64,000 nucleotides of DNA from Octopus vulgaris (lineage: Eukaryota). The notes beneath the pieces were generated by a model, which made no database searches, was not told where the DNA came from, and was given only the letters and a program-made list of their open reading frames with translations. The stretch's first letter is position 1. Each line of letters begins with the position of its first letter. The DNA lies in NCBI GenBank assembly GCA_951406725.2, contig OX597830.1:27342001-27406000 (forward strand). Reading direction: 5' to 3'. A program made the position numbers and the translations under genes. Positions 1-14,749 of the stretch are shown piece by piece.

Positions 1-43
1 TCGATCAGCATCAACCTTGCACATAACAGCAACAACAATGACA

Positions 44-556
44 GTGGAGGCGCAATGGCCCAATGGTTAGGGCAGGGGACTCGCGGTTGTAAGAACACGG
101 TTTCGATTCCCACACCGGGCATTGTGAGTGTTTATCGAGCGAAAACACCTAAGCTCCACGAAGCTCCGGCGGGGGTATGGTGGTGAACCCCGCTGTACTC
201 TTTCACCAAAAATTTCTCTCACTCTTTCTTCCTACTTCTGCCACAAAGCAGAGGAACCAATGTGTAAGCTACTATGGTGTGGTAAACTTTCAGACTCTAG
301 TCTAGATTGCGAATCCTCTGTACCCCATGATGGTTCAGCTCTCCACCCGTTAAAAAAGCCACCGTTTACGGAATGAGGATAACAACGTAGCTTTCGCACC
401 CGTGCAACCGCCAGTCTATTGTGTGTGGTGGGTGGATCTTCAAGTTGCCACACGCATTCTTAGTAGCTTAGAGTAGGCTCGAATTAGCGATTATTCTTTG
501 TGGCTAATGGCGTGAGTCCTGATTGGAAGAAGAAGAAGAAGAAGAAGAAGAAGAAG
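44..556 (+). mobile_element. tRNA-derived SINE, head A + tail 4, (GAA)n end
   Basis: Pol III A box (TGGCCCAATGG) and B box (GGTTTCGATTCCC); the head recurs at 24.3, 34.2 and 49.8 kb; ends in (GAA)n; possible 6-bp TSD ATGACA at 38-43 and 557-562. Confidence 0.8.
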
Positions 557-928
557 ATGACAACGACATTGTTAGTTGCATTATATAGCTTTCAGCCATT
601 ATATGTCCATGCCACATAATGCTTTAAGTAGGAACGACTCAGTTTACCAACATAGAAAAAGAGATAAACCGTTTTAAAGTAAATCATTTTTAACGGCTAA
701 ATTCGAATAATATAATTAATAGCGAGTAGAATATTGGGATTAAAAAAAACAAACAAAAACATTGAATTGAGAAAAAAAAAAAAGTCGAAGGCCGAGGGAG
801 CGACTCGAACTCGCATCGTCTGTAAACATAACAGGCATTTTGGCGATCACACAAAAGCAACCCTTTCTGATCGTCCTAAACCGTTTTAGAGGCTCCGTTC
901 TTTTTAGCAAGAACTGTAAGATTATATA

Positions 929-1307
929 AGCGGACGACATGGCTGTGTGGTAAGAAGCTTGCTTCTCAGCCATATGCTTCCCGGTTCAGTCCTACTGTGT
1001 GGCACCTTGGGCAAGTGACTTCTGCTATAGCCTCGAGCCGAACAATGCCTTGTGAGTGGATTTGGTAGACGGAAACTGGAAGAAGCCCGTCGTACGTGTG
1101 TGTGTGTGTGTGTGTGTTTGTGTCAGTGTTTGTTCCCCAATAACTCCTTGGCAACCGGTGCTGGTGTATTTATGCCCTCGTAACTTAGCAGTTTGGCAAA
1201 TAAGTCCGATAAATTAGTACAAGGTTTAAAAAACAAATACTGGGGTCGATACATTCTTTAAAGTGGTGTTCCAGCATGGCCGCAGTGTCTAATGACTGAA
1301 ACAAAAG

Positions 1308-1310
<3 letters not shown>
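929..1310 (+). mobile_element. CORE-like tRNA SINE (family C) with internal microsatellite
   Basis: GGCTGTGTGGTAAG...GGTTCAGTCC head, CORE-like GTGGCACCTTGGGCAAGTG, internal (GT)n, conserved 3' half ending ATGACTGAAACAA; many copies in the window. Confidence 0.85.
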
Positions 1311-1406
<96 letters not shown>

Positions 1407-1610
1407 TGATAGAAATGGCAAGAATGAAAAAAAAAAAAATGAAAGAGACCTCGATATTATGTAAATAGAGGAATTTATCTGTAAATATAATGTGACAATT
1501 ATTCGGTAGACATGATAAAACTTCGAGTTTCGGCGTGGGTTTCCGCCCCGACATCCGTAACTCGGAGTTTTATCATGGCTACCGAATAATTGTCTCATAT
1601 ATTTACAGAT
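1407..1610 (-). mobile_element. Family E: fold-back element, probably a Penelope-like terminus with inverted segment
   Basis: Inverted arms about 1478-1535 and 1555-1610 plus a one-sided ~70-bp extension; homologous to 17081-17320, 9873-9963 and 39930-40000; all copies lie next to (TA)n. Confidence 0.6.
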
Positions 1611-1639
1611 ACATATACATACATACATACATACATACG

Positions 1640-1714
<75 letters not shown>

Positions 1715-1774
1715 AAGTCATTGAACAAGCAAATACAAAGTCAACCGCATGTCCTGACAAGAAACAATTATTGT

Positions 1775-1852
<78 letters not shown>

Positions 1853-1997
1853 GTGTGTGTAAATATAGATATAGATATACACATACATACATATGCATGC
1901 TTACGTATCTACATACATATGAATATATCATACGTATATATGTACACACACACACACACACACACACTCTCTCACATACACATACACATACGCCCCC

Positions 1998-2029
<32 letters not shown>

Positions 2030-2032
<3 letters not shown>

Positions 2033-2195
2033 TCGGGTTTCTACACAGTTGCCGTCTACCAAAGTCACTAAAAAGGTCGGCACCGGAGTTATAGTAGAAG
2101 ACACCTGTCAAAGGTGCCGCGCACATTTGGTGTAAACCCCGAAACTCAATCGTTTCAAAGCAATCTTCGTAAGCACACAAACATCGCTGCGCTTA
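2030..2195 (-). mobile_element. Diverged family C SINE 5' half
   Basis: Reverse-complement match to the family C head and CORE-like segment. Confidence 0.7.
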
Positions 2196-2516
2196 TTCGA
2201 ACGCAAAATTGAAACAGCAAAAGTTAAGTACCTACATCAACACATTTTTGTCCCGTGATCAGCAGATGCTGCCATCTATCGCTGTTAACATAACAAAATA
2301 TATTACGATCTCACACTCATACATGCATTCTCAATACACACATTTTACGTTGCCAAATAACAATATCATATTTTTATTTTCCTTTTGACTAAAGAAGTCA
2401 AGAATATAATGTTTTGTTGCACACACATTTATATACACGCACCTACATTCATAGATACGTGTATGTACATTATTGATACATATATATATATATATACGTA
2501 TATATCCATATGTATG

Positions 2517-2577
<61 letters not shown>

Positions 2578-2974
2578 GCATATACTTTTGCCTTGACATA
2601 ATCACCTCGAGGCAATTCTAAGATTGTATCAATTGATATTTTCGAACAAGAATAAAAGTATTGCCTTCTTCACATATATTGAATGTTTTGTTATTTTTCT
2701 TCTTCTTGTTTTACTTTTCTTTGGAGAAAGAGAAAAAGAAAGATACAAAAAGAACAAAAAAAAAAAGGAACAATATTTCTCACTTTGCATGAATGTACAT
2801 GTATGTATATGTATATTTCTGCATGCATATGTATGTATGCATGTAGATATGTATGTACACACACACACACACACACACGATTATATAAATTTATATACAC
2901 ACAGATACGTCATGTATATTGATATGCACACACATATATACACGCACCTATATTCATATATATCCATATGTACA

Positions 2975-3069
<95 letters not shown>

Positions 3070-3168
3070 GCATATACATATACATACATACAAACATATA
3101 TATATATATGTATATATATATCCTTAAATATGTACACCTGTTTATATCTACATATATCATTGCATAAC

Positions 3169-3226
<58 letters not shown>

Positions 3227-3718
3227 TGTGTGCGTGTACGCGTGTCTATCATTCTACCTATCTGTGAAAATAAATACGACACATGCATTTTAATACACCA
3301 AACAAACATTCACATATACATACGTAAATACTTTTATTTATGTACGGATATTTTGTTGAATATATTTCGGAAATTCCATGCATAATACATATTCACACAC
3401 AAATTACAAACACACCGCCACACACAAACACACATATTCATACACATACATCGACTTATATGCATATTATTTACATACACACATACACACACACACACAC
3501 ACACATAGATATATGTATATATACATACATGCAAAGATGCGCAAACTCACGTATGTATATATGTTTATACGTATATAATGGTACTTATATGAGGAATAGT
3601 CAGTCTTGAGTCATACATACATACTTTACAGACATGCATTGTAGAACCTTGATTCACATCTATTATATAGACGGATGAATATAACCGTACCATGCACACA
3701 TACACGCATATCTGTCCT

Positions 3719-3791
<73 letters not shown>

Positions 3792-3798
3792 TTATATA

Positions 3799-3830
<32 letters not shown>

Positions 3831-3856
3831 CATATATATACATATATATATATATA

Positions 3857-3908
<52 letters not shown>

Positions 3909-4369
3909 GTATGTATGTATAATTTGATCGTTTGAATAATACGTAATATATAATATGATATTATATATTTGGTTTGTGTGTTTGTGTGTGTGTGTGAGTG
4001 TGTGTGTGTAGGGGTATGTGTAAGTGTGCACATGTGTGTTTGTATACATACAGATAGAGTCATACTTAGAAATAATAGATACAGGTACACCTGTATAATA
4101 CATACCTCTCACGACCACGACCCCGACCCCCCCACACACTACCACCGCTACTACCACACCACCATTACCGCCGCCACCACTACACCACCGAAACCACCAC
4201 CACCACCAATGGCATTACACGTATATCTACATACAAACATACACGTCCACGCCTACATATATACATACATACACGCATACACGCATACATACATACATAC
4301 ATACATACATACATACATACATACATACACACATACACACACACATACATACAAATATACATACGTCAG

Positions 4370-4860
4370 TATATTAATGGAAATCGGTTCTGGTTCATAT
4401 TTAATGATATATATGATATCCATTGGATTTGGATATATCACTTGCAAAGACATTTCATCATCAAATACGAGGAGTCCAATATGCAATACGTACTTACATT
4501 TTCATTTCAGTAGTAATCTATAAATCAAACAAGCTGCGCGATATGCCGTTGATATATCGTTGTCTCAAATGACGATAGAAAACGGTATCCCTTATAAAAA
4601 GTCTCCGATATTATTACCAAAATTATAGTTCTCGAGATGCTGTGTAAGTATTAAATTGTACAGCAATCGAATATTTCTGTCTTTAGTTAGCCCACCCTGG
4701 GTAGATTAAATAGCAAGTATCAGATACAACATCGAGCTGGTTTAGGAAGTTAAAAATATGGCAATTTGATGCAATGAACTGGAATTTTTTGATCTTTGCA
4801 ATATGAAGCACGGGTAATAGATGCTCTTCTATCATCAGAGTTCGTTTTACAGTAAAAGAG
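4370..4860 (-). pseudogene. Highly decayed Penelope-like RT remnant (tentative)
   Basis: Broken minus-strand frames give KFQFIASNC and FDD...VIYP-like motifs reminiscent of PLE reverse transcriptase; many stops. Confidence 0.3.
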
Positions 4861-5309
4861 CTTTATTTTCTCTTTTTTTTTTATTTAATATTTTTATTTT
4901 TATTTTGAGGAGAGTGTATGTGTGTGTGCGTGTAGGGGTTAGAACTTGAGGTCCAATTTATATAGATTACTCTCTCTCTCCCTCTTCTCTCTCCCCATCT
5001 CTCTCTCTCTTTCTGCTCTCCTCCTTCTCTTTCTCTAGTAAGCACGATATTGTTGAAAATACATAGCCCTTGTCATTTATTTATGTATCTTACATCTATG
5101 TCTACAATACACACATACACACATACATACATGCATACAAACATACGTACATATACATACATATATACATACACACACAGCCATATATATATGCATGTAT
5201 ATACACAGACATATATATTTATGTATATGTACACAAACACATATATACACACATACATACATATATGTATATACACACGCATACACATACGGACATGCAC
5301 ATTTATATG

Positions 5310-5433
5310 TAGGCGCAAGCGTGGCTGTGTGGTAAGAAGCTTTCTTCCCAGCCCCATGGTTCCAGGATCAGTCCCACGGAGTGGCACCTTGGGCAAGTGA
5401 CTTCTGTATCCTCGGATCGACCAAGAGCCCGTC

Positions 5434-5478
<45 letters not shown>

Positions 5479-5675
5479 TAAATTAATAAATAAATAAAAC
5501 AGTCTACATGTGAGTAGATACATGATATATGGGTACAGGACAAAAAAAAAACGTAGAAAACATAAAACAAAACTGGACATTTTTTAAACAACGAAAATAA
5601 GTACAGCATATACAAGGAAAATTCCCTTTCGAAGTGGGTAGATGAAAAAAGGCGACTGAAGAGGAACCGTCGTGT

Positions 5676-5767
<92 letters not shown>

Positions 5768-5780
5768 AGATTGTTCTATA

Positions 5781-5816
<36 letters not shown>

Positions 5817-6080
5817 TGTATGTATGTATGTATGTATGTATGTATGTATGTATGTATGTATGTGTTTGTGTTTGTCGCCCCACCATCGCTTGAAAACCGA
5901 TGCTGGTGTGTTTAGATCTTCGTAACTTAGCGGTTAGGCAAAATATATCGATAGAATAGGTACCAGTCTTACAAAAAATAAGTCCTGGTGTCGATTTCTT
6001 CAACTAACACTCTTTAAGGCGGTGCTCCAAGCATGACCGCAGTCAAATGACTGAAACACGTTAAAGAATTAAAGAATAAA
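5310..6080 (+). mobile_element. Family C SINE interrupted by an insertion in its internal (TA)n
   Basis: 5' half 5310-5440, 3' half 5860-6080; insert about 5481-5666 flanked by duplicated CCGTCGTGTATA (5429-5440, 5667-5678). Confidence 0.8.
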
Positions 6081-6082
6081 AA

Positions 6083-6131
<49 letters not shown>

Positions 6132-6189
6132 TGTATGTATGCATATGTGTAGATGTATTCTCTTTGCAGATATGTATTCGTTAAGATTA

Positions 6190-6456
6190 TGCTTTGTACC
6201 GATTGCATTGTCTGTTGTGTTGGTCACGATGTACCTACCAGAGAGGTATTACTGTGATAGCACTATCTACGTATTCTGATTTGAATTACATCTTTGGTGT
6301 TCATTCTACGGAGTCTGCATCAGTTGCCGCATTTGGATATTTTGCCGGCATTCCTATCCCCTTTTTTGCGCAAGGTACTTTGTATATTCTCTGTCCGTTG
6401 ATTGCAAGAGCGTATCTTTCAAGCGACGAATTATAATATAGTTTGCTGTTTGCTTC
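6190..6456 (-). pseudogene. R4/Dong-type (RLE) non-LTR retrotransposon fragment, zinc-knuckle region
   Basis: Minus-strand frameshifted translation SSLERYALAINGQRI / TKYL..K.DRNAGKISKCGN*CRLRRMNTKDVI, parallel to the 9240-9575 fragment. Confidence 0.65.
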
Positions 6457-6711
6457 ATGTATGTATGTATGTATGTATGTATGTATGTATGTATGTATGT
6501 ATGTATGTATGTATGTATGTATGTGTGTCTATTTTTGTTGGATTTATTTAATTTTTTTCCCTTTGACCACTCTGTGGCTCCTGGATCAAGTGTCTTCTAT
6601 TGGAGTCTCGAGCCGACCAATACCTTGTGAGTGAATTTGGTAGACTGAAGCTGTCATGTGTATGTGTGTATCTATCAATGTATCTATCTATCTATTTTTT
6701 CTTTCTTCCTT

Positions 6712-6783
<72 letters not shown>

Positions 6784-6784
<1 letters not shown>

Positions 6785-6997
6785 GGCAGAATCGTTAGCA
6801 CGCCGGGCGAAATGTTTAGCAGTATTTCGTCTGCCGCTACGTTCTGAGTTCAAATTCCGCCGAGGTCGACTTTGCTTTCATCCTTTCGGGTCGATTAAAT
6901 ATGTACCAGTTATGCACTGGGGTCGATATAATCGATTTAATCCGTTTGTCTGTCCTTGTTTGTCCCCTCTATGTTTAGCCCTTGTGGGCATAAAGAA

Positions 6998-6999
<2 letters not shown>
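6784..6999 (+). mobile_element. Family D tRNA SINE with Meta-like central domain, embedded in (ATCT)n
   Basis: TGGCAGAATCG A box, GAGTTCAAATTCC B box, GACTTTGC(C)TTTCATCCTTTCGGGTCGAT central domain; (ATCT)n on both sides. Confidence 0.8.
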
Positions 7000-7069
<70 letters not shown>

Positions 7070-7432
7070 GTCTGCATGTATGCATGTATGTATGTATATA
7101 CGTATGTACTATATAATTAAAGAGTTATTGGCACGCGGAGTTTCGTTATGCAACCATAATTTAGTATAAAGTATATCAAATATTTTTTTGAGTCAACACC
7201 ATGTCCTACTGCGTTAGCAGTGCTCTTTACATTATTTTGTTAAGGTTATTTCTACAGAAATTCCAGCCAGCACTGACTTTTTGCTACAACGTTTCGTATG
7301 GGCTGGTGTAATGTATATACATAAATACCTTTGTGTTTGCATTTGTTCTTGTATTGCTTGAGAACGCTATTGGCTGATTTTAAGACTCCGAAACTTAGCA
7401 GTTCGGCAAAAGTGACGATAAGTGCCAGAGAA

Positions 7433-7468
<36 letters not shown>

Positions 7469-7839
7469 CAACAACAGCAAAAAAAAAAAAATACTGGATT
7501 TGATTTGTTCGACGAAGCTCTTCAAGGCGGTGCACGATCATAACCGCAGTCCAATGACCGAAATACACAATAGACAAAAGATAAAAGATTTCTGCCGAAC
7601 TCACGTAACTAAAGCAAATGACAAAACTCATTTGTTTAAATCCAAGACAATTCCTCGAATTTCTTAGAATATAAATAAGTTGCTAAGTGCAATTATGTTG
7701 GTGCATAACTGGATGAATTTGCACTTGTGTTGTAGGTATGCATAACAAATGTGTTTATCCCCTGACTGTTTAAGTGCGCCTGTATCGTTTATATATACCA
7801 TATGCATAGGTGATTGTGTGGACATTCCGCTTATCTTCT

Positions 7840-8661
<822 letters not shown>

Positions 8662-9239
8662 TGTTCAATTCAGATGGATTCCCTGGAATATTTTACAATT
8701 TTCTTCACTGTACTACAAGTTTTTCGATTGTATCTGGAGGATATGTGTCAGCTTGCTTTGTACTTTCTGAGAAGACTCCATCATTTTTAGCCTTTGATGT
8801 CAGTTTGTTGTTTCATAGCCCAGTGCACCTATGCGAATAAAAAGGAATAAAAATTCATACTCTTGGTTTAATAACTATAATTTACTGAGTAATTCTCTAT
8901 AAATATTCCTTTCCACAATTTCTGACGAGAGCTCGTCACATCTGTCACGTAACTAGTCTCTCATAACAGCGCACAATTTTAGTTCCTGTCTTACTGAAAA
9001 ATATTTTGCCTATTGAAAGCGGCGACGTAGAAAGAATGGTTTGTACGTCGGGCAAAAAGCTTAGCGGAATCTCAACCGTTTTTATGTTCGGAGTTCAAAT
9101 TCCGCCGATGTTGACTTTGCTTTTCATTCTTTCGAAGTCAATAAAATAAGTACCACTTGAACACTTAAACGATGTAATCGACGTACCCCTCTCCTGAACT
9201 TATTCTATTAAAATTTGAAACCAATATTTGGCCTATTGT

Positions 9240-9575
9240 GCCGACACCGTGTCGCTGTTTTTATCAGAATGTTCCAGCAGTATTATTACATTTTTGAAGG
9301 CCTAGATACATTCAAGTTCCCACGGAAAGTATTGTAAATGGTTTTAGCAAGAATATCAGGTCTTACGAGAAGGTAGTACTTTGCGACATATTCTTGGGCA
9401 GTTGTTGATGGTATGAGGGACATCTTCCACACTGGTATAGCAAAATCGATATTTTCTGTACAGCGTGGAGGTTTACAAGCATCCTTACCTCTCTTCTTGA
9501 TCTGGTATTTAATAGATATCTTCTGTTATGTCCCAGCAAAGGCGTAATCTTTTAAGCGAAATGTGATGCCTTTTT
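9240..9575 (-). pseudogene. R4/Dong-type LINE fragment (CCHC-knuckle/RLE region)
   Basis: Frameshifted translation LKDYAFAGT*QKISIKY...KYRFCYTSVEDVPHTINNCPR...YYLLVRPDILAKTIYN. Confidence 0.7.
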
Positions 9576-9811
9576 TTCTCCATGGGCACAGGCGTGGCTT
9601 CGCAGTCACATGTATAAGTATATGTATATATACATATCTATATATATATAGTATATGTATATATACATACCTATATATAGGTATATATATATGTAAACAT
9701 GTCTATATATACGTATGTATGTATACTTATTCATACATATATATTTCTACTATAATCTTGAGCCGACCCAAGCCTTGTGAATATATTTGGTAGACAGAAA
9801 CTGAAAGAAAC

Positions 9812-9876
<65 letters not shown>

Positions 9877-9961
9877 AAATGCAGTATGTGACAGATAAAT
9901 TCCTCTATTTACATAATATTGAGGTCTCTTTCATTCTTTTGTTGTCTTACCATTTCTATCA

Positions 9962-10018
<57 letters not shown>

Positions 10019-10153
10019 TATTTATGTATTTATATACACGTATATGTGTATATGTTTGTTTATGTATGTATATATATTTTTGTATATATATCAAATTGTG
10101 TATTTTGTTTCATATATATATTTATATTTTTATGATTGTACTTTATAATCTCT

Positions 10154-10645
10154 GACTTTGCCTTTCATCCTTTCAGGGTCGATAAATAAAGTACCAGTTA
10201 CGCACTGGGGTCGATGTAATCAACTTAATCCGTTTGTCTGTTCTTGTTTGTCCTCTCTGTGTTTAGCCCCTTGTGGGTAGTAAGGAAACAGGTATTTCGT
10301 CTGCCGCTACGTTCTGAGTTGAAATTCCGCCGAGGTCGACTTTGCCTTTCATCCTTTCGGGGTCGATTAAATAAGTACCAGTTACGCACTGCGGTCGATG
10401 TAATCAACTTAATCCGTTTGTCTGTCCTTGTTTGTCCTCTCTGTGTTTAGCCCCTTGTGGGTAGTAAAGAAACAGGTATTTCGTCTGCAGCTACGTTCTG
10501 AGTTCAAATTCCGCCGAGGTGGACTTTGCCTTTCATCCTCATCCTTTCGGGGTCGATAAATTAAGTACCAGTTGCGTACTGGGGTCGATATAATCGACTG
10601 GCCCACTCCCCCAAAATTTCGGGCTTTGTGCTTAGAGTAGAAAAC
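10154..10645 (+). repeat. Head-to-tail tandem array of family D SINE units, 184-bp period
   Basis: GGTATTTCGTCTGC recurs at 10291 and 10475; units near-identical and lack the A box. Confidence 0.9.
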
Positions 10646-10649
10646 AAAC

Positions 10650-10925
10650 ACTAAGTACTCAGAGTATCTACTCTGGAGTTCTATATCTAATCTCTTGGTG
10701 TTACTTCTGTTTTAAGTAGAAGCGTATTGCAATCGTTTCTTCCATTTCTGTTGCAGTAGGTGTTGTCTAAGTGATACCAAGCGGCAGTCGAATGGCCTTC
10801 TGGACTGACCTTATGCGTCAACTAATAACTTTCCGTTTAATAAAGAACTTGTCAGTGTCACCGTTCATGTGGCAAGTACCACTAGTCATTAGTATCTTTC
10901 CAGTCTTTTATACCCGAGTTCCAGA
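10650..10925 (-). pseudogene. R4/Dong-type LINE fragment (post-RT thumb region), probably the same insertion as 9240-9575
   Basis: [34 protein letters not shown] matches the R4-clade KTRK.LT..G..H...D.DRLY..RK.GGRGL motif; collinear with the downstream fragment. Confidence 0.65.
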
Positions 10926-11090
10926 TGTATGTATGTATGTATGTATGTATGTATGTATGTATGTATGTATGTATGTATGTATGTATGTACGTATGTATGT
11001 ATGTATGTATGCAGAAAGTACACGTGTGTGCAAGCATATACGTATATCTGTATATATATATATATGTCTTAATATATGCAGACAAACATA

Positions 11091-11121
<31 letters not shown>

Positions 11122-11156
11122 TTTACTGAAGCCGAAAAATACATCACAAACTGTTT

Positions 11157-11260
<104 letters not shown>

Positions 11261-11999
11261 TATATATGAATATATATATATACATATATTCATATATATT
11301 GTATATATATATATATATATATATATGTATGCATAAACATACATACATATACATACATATATACATACATGCATATACATATATATATATGAAGTTACAT
11401 ATGAGTGCTTTTCATTTATTCCTTTAATTTTTATCTTTTTTTCCTTCTTTTTTTTTTCGTTTTTGAAATCGACCAATAGACTTGAAATGTTCCACGAAGC
11501 GTTAATTTTGATCTGTCATTTGCCTAATATGGAAGAACAGTTGGTCGGCTAAGGGAATTTTCCCACTGAATGTTAGACCCCAGAGGGTAAAGGAGTGATG
11601 TTATTTTAACATCTGCTGCTTGCTAAAATATCTTTTGTTTTATTCTCTTTTGTTATTTCGTACTATATTTTATTACCTTTTATTAGACGGTTACTTCATC
11701 AAAAATATATTAACACACGCGTACGCATGCGCGTGCACAGACACACATACATACGGACATACGCACACACACACACACACACATAAGTACATACATATAC
11801 ATATATAATGTATTGCATGTTATATATAAAACACATATATATATATATATGTATGTATGTATATATGTAGGTATATATGTGAGTGTGTGTGTGGAGTAAG
11901 ATGTATATTTGTACACGTGCACACACACACAAGTATCTATCTGTCCGTCTGTCTCTCTGTCTGTCTATCTATCTATTTACCTATTTATGTATGACAGAC

Positions 12000-12204
<205 letters not shown>

Positions 12205-12644
12205 AACTTAGTATCTGTATCCGCAAACTCCACACACACACACACGCATACACATACACAGACACACACATGTGCATATAAATTGTTAAATGTCACCCGC
12301 CATGCAAAAAAAATGTCTATATATATATATTCTTTTATTCTTTCATACGTTTTAGCCTTGAGGCTGCGGCCATGCTGGGGCACCACTAGTGCATATATAT
12401 GTATATGTGTATATATGTATATGTATGAGTATATATATATATATATAATAGAATATATATATATTTTGTAGAAATATTATATGCATTTATTATATATATA
12501 TATTATTAAATTCATATACTCTATATATGTATACATAAGTACACACTCACACACCCAAATACCCACACGTACATACACATATCTGCATAAATATTTTATA
12601 CATGTAGTATGTACATATATTATAAAATACGTACATTACACACA

Positions 12645-12717
<73 letters not shown>

Positions 12718-12826
12718 TATACAAGCACATTCACAGACGCGCGCACACAAACACACCCATATACAGATGAGAATATATATACCAAGAAGTCTAGTTGGGC
12801 ATATGCATCCATATACATATGGTGTA

Positions 12827-12905
<79 letters not shown>

Positions 12906-12993
12906 ATATCTATCTATCTTTCCCCCCAAAAGAAACGCTCTACTTTGTAATTTGTCCCGCCTGTGTCCAGCCCTGTGTGGCTAATAAAGAAGC

Positions 12994-13078
<85 letters not shown>

Positions 13079-13192
13079 ATTTTCTATCTATCTGTCTGTC
13101 TGTCTGTCTCTGTGTCTGTGTCTGTGCCTGTCTCTGTCTCTCTCTCTCTGTCTATCTATCTGTTTGTCTACTAATACATATACATATGCACA

Positions 13193-13232
<40 letters not shown>

Positions 13233-14297
13233 TGTGTATGTTTGTGTGCGTGTATATAACGTATATAAAAGGACGAAATATTGCTGCTCAACAACAAAGT
13301 TATGCATCAATTTCCAAATCGAATTCCCCATTCTGGCAGTTATGAGATATTTTAATAAACCATGTGTGGGCAATGAACTGTGCTATACAACACCATGCAA
13401 TGAACTTGAGACTACAATGAACCCGAAAAAACGCAGTGAACTGTAGTCAGCTCTGAACTTCATGGTATACAACATGCACTCCAAAATTTCTTTGTTTTTT
13501 TTTTCCTACTGAACTGCATTGTGGGATATTATTATTGTGTTGTTTTTTTTTTGCCACTGTTCAATTGCTTGAAGCCATTTGTAGCATTAAAAACTCTCTC
13601 AAATAATGATGTTTTTTTTAAATATTTGATTCTTACTTTTACGTTATTTTTTTTTATTTTGCTTATCATTTTTTTATTATAATAGTTTCGTTTCGTATCG
13701 TGTGTTTTTGTTGTCTCTGCTGCTTTCTTCCTTCCTTTCTTTATGTCTTTCTTTCTGTCTTCTTTTCTTTTCTTTCTTCCTTTCTTTCTTTCTCTCTTCT
13801 TTTTTTCTTCTTCCTTTCATTTTTGTCGTCTTTTACTTAATACTTAATATTATTGCAAAACAATATAACTGAGATGCTGAATATTAAATATATTCAAACA
13901 TTTATGAGTTATGTATATATGCATGTAAGTTAATTTGTATGTATGTATGTATGTATGTATGTATGTATGTATGTATGTATGTATGTATGTATGTATGTAT
14001 GTATGTATGTATGTATGTATGTATGTATGTATGTATGTATGTATGTATGTATGTATGTATGTATGTATGTATGTATGGATGTATGTATGTAGTATGTATG
14101 TATGTATGTATGTATGTATGTTGTAGGACTTGCAAAACGTTTATTCATTTTAAAGTCTGTTTTGTGCGGGGATTAATAATATAAACCAGCTTCTGGACCC
14201 AATTCCACAGCACCAAAACTCATTGAATATTTGTGAGTATACATACATACATAAATACATTACACACACACACACATATATATATAAACATCATATG

Positions 14298-14357
<60 letters not shown>

Positions 14358-14749
14358 CGTATACATATATCATATATTATATGATCATATATGGATATGA
14401 GTGTATATGTGTGTATGTGTGTGAATATGTGTACGTGTGAGTATGTTTGCGCGCGTGTGTGTGAACATACATGTCGATACATATATCGGTATGTGCATTT
14501 GTGTATTTGTGTTTAGGTTTATCTATTTTTGTTGTTGTTTAACCACCCTCTCTCGATCATAGCTGGTCCACTGTAACTATGAATCAAACATGATTCAATC
14601 ATAACTATCTCGACATGAGTTCATACAGAGTATATATCGTACTACATTATTCAATGTTTACGTCACTTTTTCTTTAAGACAGTAGAATATCATATGTAAA
14701 AGATTTTGCTGCTATTTCTACAAAGACCCGTAATCATCTCGAATTTTTC

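Noticed and set aside
788-860. tRNA-like B box on the minus strand (also 32105-32170)
   Set aside because: No complete cloverleaf; tRNA-derived repeat relics
1185-2180. 331-aa ORF and the many YI/HT/CV/MYVC/LSIY-rich ORFs across the window
   Set aside because: Stop-free translation of (TA)n, (CA)n, (CATA)n and (ATCT)n microsatellites; no protein signal
2259-2281. CTCF-like CGATAGATGGCAGC motif
   Set aside because: Single imperfect match, not distinguishable from chance
4495-4650. Apparent splice acceptor/donor pair
   Set aside because: Stops in all frames; better explained as a decayed retroelement
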